DNA of 20,000 nt, from the IMG/VR virus record IMGVR_UViG_2838736955_000001. The stretch is one strand, 5' to 3'. The stretch is from an uncultured virus (IMG/VR IMGVR_UViG_2838736955_000001) (taxonomy: Duplodnaviria > Heunggongvirae > Uroviricota > Caudoviricetes). Positions 16,706 to 20,000 of this stretch are shown here, one piece after another. The notes under the pieces were generated by a model. It was not told the DNA's origin. It made no database searches and saw only the letters and a list, made by a program, of their open reading frames with translations. The position numbers and the translations under genes are program-made. Position 1 is the first letter of the stretch; every line of letters starts with the position of its first letter.

Positions 16706-16909
16706 ATGCAAATCGGCGACAAAGTTATGTGCGGATCGATCACCCCGAGCCCTAGTTCGGGGAATCTAACGCTTGGTGCTGAGTACGAAGTTTCTGGCGT
16801 CACGCCCTCCCGTGATGGCGAGAAGATCTCACTGGTCGATATCGACGGGCTTTTCGAAGCGCTGGATTTTCGGCAAGTCACAACGGTTGAGGCTGCATCA
16901 GTGCTCTGA
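16706..16909 (+). CDS. Small hypothetical protein (SH3-like beta pattern)
   Basis: AAGGAAGG RBS; MQIGDKV-x-C...LT-x-G-x-EYEV pattern. Confidence 0.65.
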   Translation: MQIGDKVMCGSITPSPSSGNLTLGAEYEVSGVTPSRDGEKISLVDIDGLFEALDFRQVTTVEAASVL

Positions 16910-16924
16910 TCAATAATACATCGA

Positions 16925-16956
16925 GGGCGCCGGCCGAAGCCGACGCCCATTTTTTT
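16925..16956 (+). terminator. Terminator closing the late operon (possibly bidirectional)
   Basis: GGGCGCCGGC-CGAA-GCCGACGCCC then A and T7; forms a C(UUCG)G hairpin on the minus strand. Confidence 0.7.
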
Positions 16957-17143
16957 GGAGGGGCTCTTTGGAAACAACTACAATTTGGCACGGTCCATCT
17001 GCATTAGTCGGCGCCCTCGCCGCTCTGTGCTGGACGGGTTCGATGAATTGGATGTGGTTGCCGTTTGTGATCTTGATCTTGGTTGCCGATAGAATCAGAC
17101 TGCGACTGCGCTGACATCGAAAGTTCAATGATTCGGGGGAAAT

Positions 17144-17959
17144 ATGCGGGGCTTAGTTGTAACACCAAGTGTGCAAATCGGTCCTGGTACTCAGTTCGCT
17201 ATGGGTCGACACGACGATCAGTTACTTCGCATGTGGCTTCTTTATTGGGATAAACTCGCGAACCCCACGCAATCAAACTTTGTCGTCGGGCTTCCGAGGG
17301 AATACGAATTTCTTGAAACGGCGGGAATATTCTCCAACCACTTCGTCGATCATTTCGGAGGAACTGGTCCGGACGTATTCAGAGAAACTAGCTTGGAGCT
17401 TTTTGATAGGCTTGAAGAGCACGATATATCGCCTTGGGCGGTGTACGGAATATTAGATCCCGAAGATAAGATGGACGTGAAGGACGGACGAATTCTGCGT
17501 GTCGCACTAATGTCCGCGTTGCCCATTCCAAACCAAGACGTTCCGCTCGATGACATACTTACCTTTCGCGATAGACGCTCTGCAGAACGTGAAGCCCTCA
17601 TGGCTCATATCGACGATGTCTATCAGTCTGTCGTGAATGCCCCTGATCGTCCACTGGCAGAGCACACGGCGTTAAAGCGCTTAGCCTCCGGTGCAAAGGA
17701 TCAGGTGGACGCAATTCATGAATCCAGGATTCCGTTTCGCCTTATGGATTTAGCTTCTGACTTCAATCTCGTTGCCGGCGTTGCTGCAGCGGCTGGATCG
17801 TTAGCAATCGGAGCGACGTGGCCAGTTGCGCTGGGCAATAGTCTTGTGGCCGGCGGAAGCATCACAATCGGAAAGATTGCGGGCATCGGGCAGAAGAAGA
17901 AAAACGATACCCCATTTCGATATGTGGGGCTCTATCATGACGAGGTCTTTAAACCATAA
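17144..17959 (+). CDS. DUF6236-like protein (accessory cargo)
   Basis: MRGLVV-x-P...LLYWDKL-x-x-P...L-x-x-ALPIP-x-x-DVPLDDIL-x-FR-x-RR-x-x-E...PF-x-Y pattern; visibly more AT-rich than the flanks. Confidence 0.7.
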   Translation: MRGLVVTPSVQIGPGTQFAMGRHDDQLLRMWLLYWDKLANPTQSNFVVGLPREYEFLETAGIFSNHFVDHFGGTGPDVFRETSLELFDRLEEHDISPWAVYGILDPEDKMDVKDGRILRVALMSALPIPNQDVPLDDILTFRDRRSAEREALMAHIDDVYQSVVNAPDRPLAEHTALKRLASGAKDQVDAIHESRIPFRLMDLASDFNLVAGVAAAAGSLAIGATWPVALGNSLVAGGSITIGKIAGIGQKKKNDTPFRYVGLYHDEVFKP

Positions 17960-17978
17960 GGTGAAGAGGCCTGCGCGC

Positions 17979-18533
17979 TTAATCTGGCGAAAGCGCCCGC
18001 CATTTCTTGATGCGGGCGGCCTCTGCAACGCCTTCCTCGGTTAGTGAATATCGGAAGGCATTCTTTTCTGTGCCGACCAATCTGGCGGCACCGGCGGCGA
18101 TGAGCTCGTCGAGAAGCACCTGCCCTGCCCCTGGTATCGAGGCAGCTGTGTCGCACTCTGGATGTGTCGCCATGAAAATCAGCGCGGTTTCGATCTTGCC
18201 GCTCAAGCCCAGCTGCGGCTTGTATTTTGCTCTGCGTTTTTCCTTGTCGGCACGCCAGACGGCGATGTCGGTGCCGTGCGCAGAAGACGACCGACTACGT
18301 TTTCCGCCGCCATTTTCGCGCATCCACTTCTCGTAGGGATCGTCTTTTTCGGCGGTGGCAAGCCCGCTGATTTCGTCAAGCTTGGCGTCAATGGCGCGCC
18401 TATCCCACTTGCGAGTTCCAGCGATGGCAGGCGGCATCTTATGCGTCGCCACCCACATGGAAAACGGGGATTCGGCGATGCCGAGGTAAGCAGCAGCTTC
18501 CTTGCGACCAATTAGGCGGGGGCCGTCAGTCAT
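17979..18533 (-). CDS. Excisionase-like HTH fused to a C-terminal winged-helix-like domain
   Basis: PRLIGRKEAAAYLGI...P...RKWDRRAIDAKLD...DPYEKW; C-terminal KPQLGL...YSLTEEG. Confidence 0.75.
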   Translation of the reverse strand: MTDGPRLIGRKEAAAYLGIAESPFSMWVATHKMPPAIAGTRKWDRRAIDAKLDEISGLATAEKDDPYEKWMRENGGGKRSRSSSAHGTDIAVWRADKEKRRAKYKPQLGLSGKIETALIFMATHPECDTAASIPGAGQVLLDELIAAGAARLVGTEKNAFRYSLTEEGVAEAARIKKWRALSPD

Positions 18534-19066
18534 GGCCGAGACTTTCCGCCATAATACTCCGCCAGACGTCTTGCCTCATCTTTGCCGGCCTCTGTAACCA
18601 CCCAGGTCGGATCGCCGTCCTGGTCTTTCTTGCCAGGCCTCAGGGCGCCCTTCTCAACCAGCACATTCATTGTGTGAGTACTGGCATTGGGAACAGCTAG
18701 GTGCGACCGCACGTCGGGATGCTCTGCCATAAACACCAGCGCGTTCTGGCTACGGGTATCGAGGCCGAGTTGCGGCTTCTTTTTCGCGCTACGCCGTTTG
18801 GTGTTATCCCACGCGCTCCAGTCCTCCTTGCCGTCGGGTCCGCCAATCGCGGTCCCCGATCCGATCCCCCAATATTGGGAGTAGAACCTTGCTACCAGAG
18901 GCACTGGGCGGCCATCGTGAAGCGGATCGCGAAGAGGAAATCCCTGCCGCTCTAGCATCGGGATGACAGCCTTCGTGTAATAGGACGCCCTCTCTTTCCC
19001 AACCACGGCAATGGCTATTTCGCGGTCGGTGGCGAAGAGCGGGAGGTTAGCCAGGGCGTCGTTCAT
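18530..19066 (-). CDS. Excisionase-like protein (second family) fused to a paralogous winged-helix-like domain
   Basis: LPLFATDREIAIAVVG...LERQGFP-x-x-DPLHDGR...PDGKEDW; C-terminal KPQLGL...WVVTEAG; coupled to both neighbours. Confidence 0.65.
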   Translation of the reverse strand: MNDALANLPLFATDREIAIAVVGKERASYYTKAVIPMLERQGFPLRDPLHDGRPVPLVARFYSQYWGIGSGTAIGGPDGKEDWSAWDNTKRRSAKKKPQLGLDTRSQNALVFMAEHPDVRSHLAVPNASTHTMNVLVEKGALRPGKKDQDGDPTWVVTEAGKDEARRLAEYYGGKSRP

Positions 19067-19326
19067 GGATGCCGATCGCGAAGGCGGACGCCGGGGCCGC
19101 CTGTCGACGAGTATTCCCCATCGAAGAACTCCGCACCCGCAAGCGCTAGCGCATCGACTATCTTCTGGATCGTATCAGGTCTTCCGCCCAGATCACCATC
19201 ACCGGCCTCAAGCCGCTTGATCGTCGGTTCCGAAATATCTGATGCTTTTGCTAGGTCGGCCTGTGACCAGCCAAGGAGCGCGCGCGCCGCCTTCACCTGA
19301 CGAATTGATACTTTTAGTATTGACAC
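19063..19326 (-). CDS. XRE-family HTH transcriptional regulator
   Basis: QVKAARALLGWSQADLAKASDISEPTIKRLE...AG-x-EF...GPGVRLR; GTG start at 19326 after GGAG. Confidence 0.92.
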   Translation of the reverse strand: MSILKVSIRQVKAARALLGWSQADLAKASDISEPTIKRLEAGDGDLGGRPDTIQKIVDALALAGAEFFDGEYSSTGGPGVRLRDRHP

Positions 19327-19362
19327 ATAATCGCTCCGTGATATTGATACTATTAGTATCAA
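19305..19362. promoter_or_regulatory. Two palindromic operators in a divergent control region
   Basis: TTGATACT-ATT-AGTATCAA (19344-19362, perfect) and TTGATACT-TTT-AGTATTGA (19305-19323, inside the first codons of the XRE gene). Confidence 0.75.
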
Positions 19363-19395
19363 ACCTATCGGACACATGCAACGGAGCGCTCCGAA

Positions 19396-19806
19396 ATGAA
19401 GCGAGACATGGTTACCAACGGGCTAACGGCAGAGGCTATAGCAGCAGTCGCGGTAAGCGCCATGCACCAGTGGCAGCATGCGGATCAGAATCATCGCGAC
19501 ACTGAAAGAGAGATTTCCGCTGAACGAATTTCCCAGCTCGAAACGGAGGCGTCATATTACACCTCCACCACACCCGAAGCAGCACTCTATCAGTTGGGTG
19601 TAGCGCGCTCGCATGCGGACACTCTCGTCGCAAACTACGTCGACGACCTTGAAGGCGTGAACCTCTATCGCAACCTTGAACGCCTTCTCATCCAGATCAC
19701 TCGATACATCGAGGCCACAAGCGGCGTGACGCGTGAACACGCAGGCCTCCTCTATTACTCCGATCCACGGAACGACGGGCATGTGTTCGTGGAGGCCAGC
19801 CGATGA
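19396..19806 (+). CDS. Hypothetical helical protein
   Basis: GGAG RBS; divergent from the XRE gene; ATGA overlap with the next ORF. Confidence 0.7.
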   Translation: MKRDMVTNGLTAEAIAAVAVSAMHQWQHADQNHRDTEREISAERISQLETEASYYTSTTPEAALYQLGVARSHADTLVANYVDDLEGVNLYRNLERLLIQITRYIEATSGVTREHAGLLYYSDPRNDGHVFVEASR

Positions 19807-20000
19807 ACGCGACCGACAAACTCCAGGCGGCAGTTAGGGCACTAGGCATCGAAATCCGTATCATGTCCGCCCTTGTCGCATACGCCGAGGAAGCTGGCAG
19901 CGACACCGAGATTGAGAGCTGGCAGGCCTACCGTGTGTCGGAGGCATTCGACGAGCTGCATGTTCTCGTGAGCCAGCCCTCGAACAAAATGACCCCTTAG
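19803..20000 (+). CDS. Hypothetical protein (65 aa)
   Basis: GGAGG RBS, ATGA coupling, TAG at 19998-20000. Confidence 0.6.
   Translation: MNATDKLQAAVRALGIEIRIMSALVAYAEEAGSDTEIESWQAYRVSEAFDELHVLVSQPSNKMTP

Larger units (their letters stand above)
2794..20000. mobile_element. Phage-satellite-like integrative element at tRNA-Asn (right boundary outside window)
   Basis: att, integrase, AlpA, RepA-like helicase, iterons, partial virion genes and an XRE switch; no second att copy seen in the window. Confidence 0.8.

Noticed and set aside
8331..16909. Gene transfer agent or tailocin
   Set aside because: No GTA capsid, portal or terminase and no tail tube, sheath or lysis genes; linked to int, alpA and rep instead.
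8260..16948. Similar hairpins at 8260 and 16925 in inverted orientation as invertible-segment ends
   Set aside because: Short GC-rich similarity explained by both being terminators; no invertase seen.

Overview
Alphaproteobacterial DNA, most likely Rhizobium/Agrobacterium group (inferred from gene content and regulatory motifs), in three parts. (1) 1-396: end of an integrated element, with a tyrosine-integrase C-terminus and a 17-bp tRNA-Cys 3'-end att copy. (2) ~397-2793: a short host segment with a DUF982 gene behind a sigma-EcfG-type promoter, two tiny membrane ORFs, exoD and a small LexA-box gene. (3) 2794 to beyond 20000: a second element bounded by a 17-bp tRNA-Asn 3'-end att copy. It has a phage-satellite (PICI/P4-like) core of integrase, AlpA, a SpoVG-like protein, an AAA_25/RepA helicase and an iteron array. 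An unusual, largely translationally coupled late operon follows: orphan HK97 prohead protease, degenerate HNH, candidate cos, short tape-measure protein, two proteasome-beta/HslV-like Ntn-hydrolase paralogs flanking a 69-aa tail-tip-like fragment, and a beta-helix tailspike. No capsid, portal, terminase or tail tube gene is recognisable in the window. The right end has a DUF6236-like cargo gene and a divergent XRE switch with two excisionase-like genes sharing a C-terminal domain. The best novelty candidate is a satellite carrying a tail/entry module plus proteasome-like proteases; a decayed prophage is the main alternative. All family calls are by eye from motifs; no searches were run.
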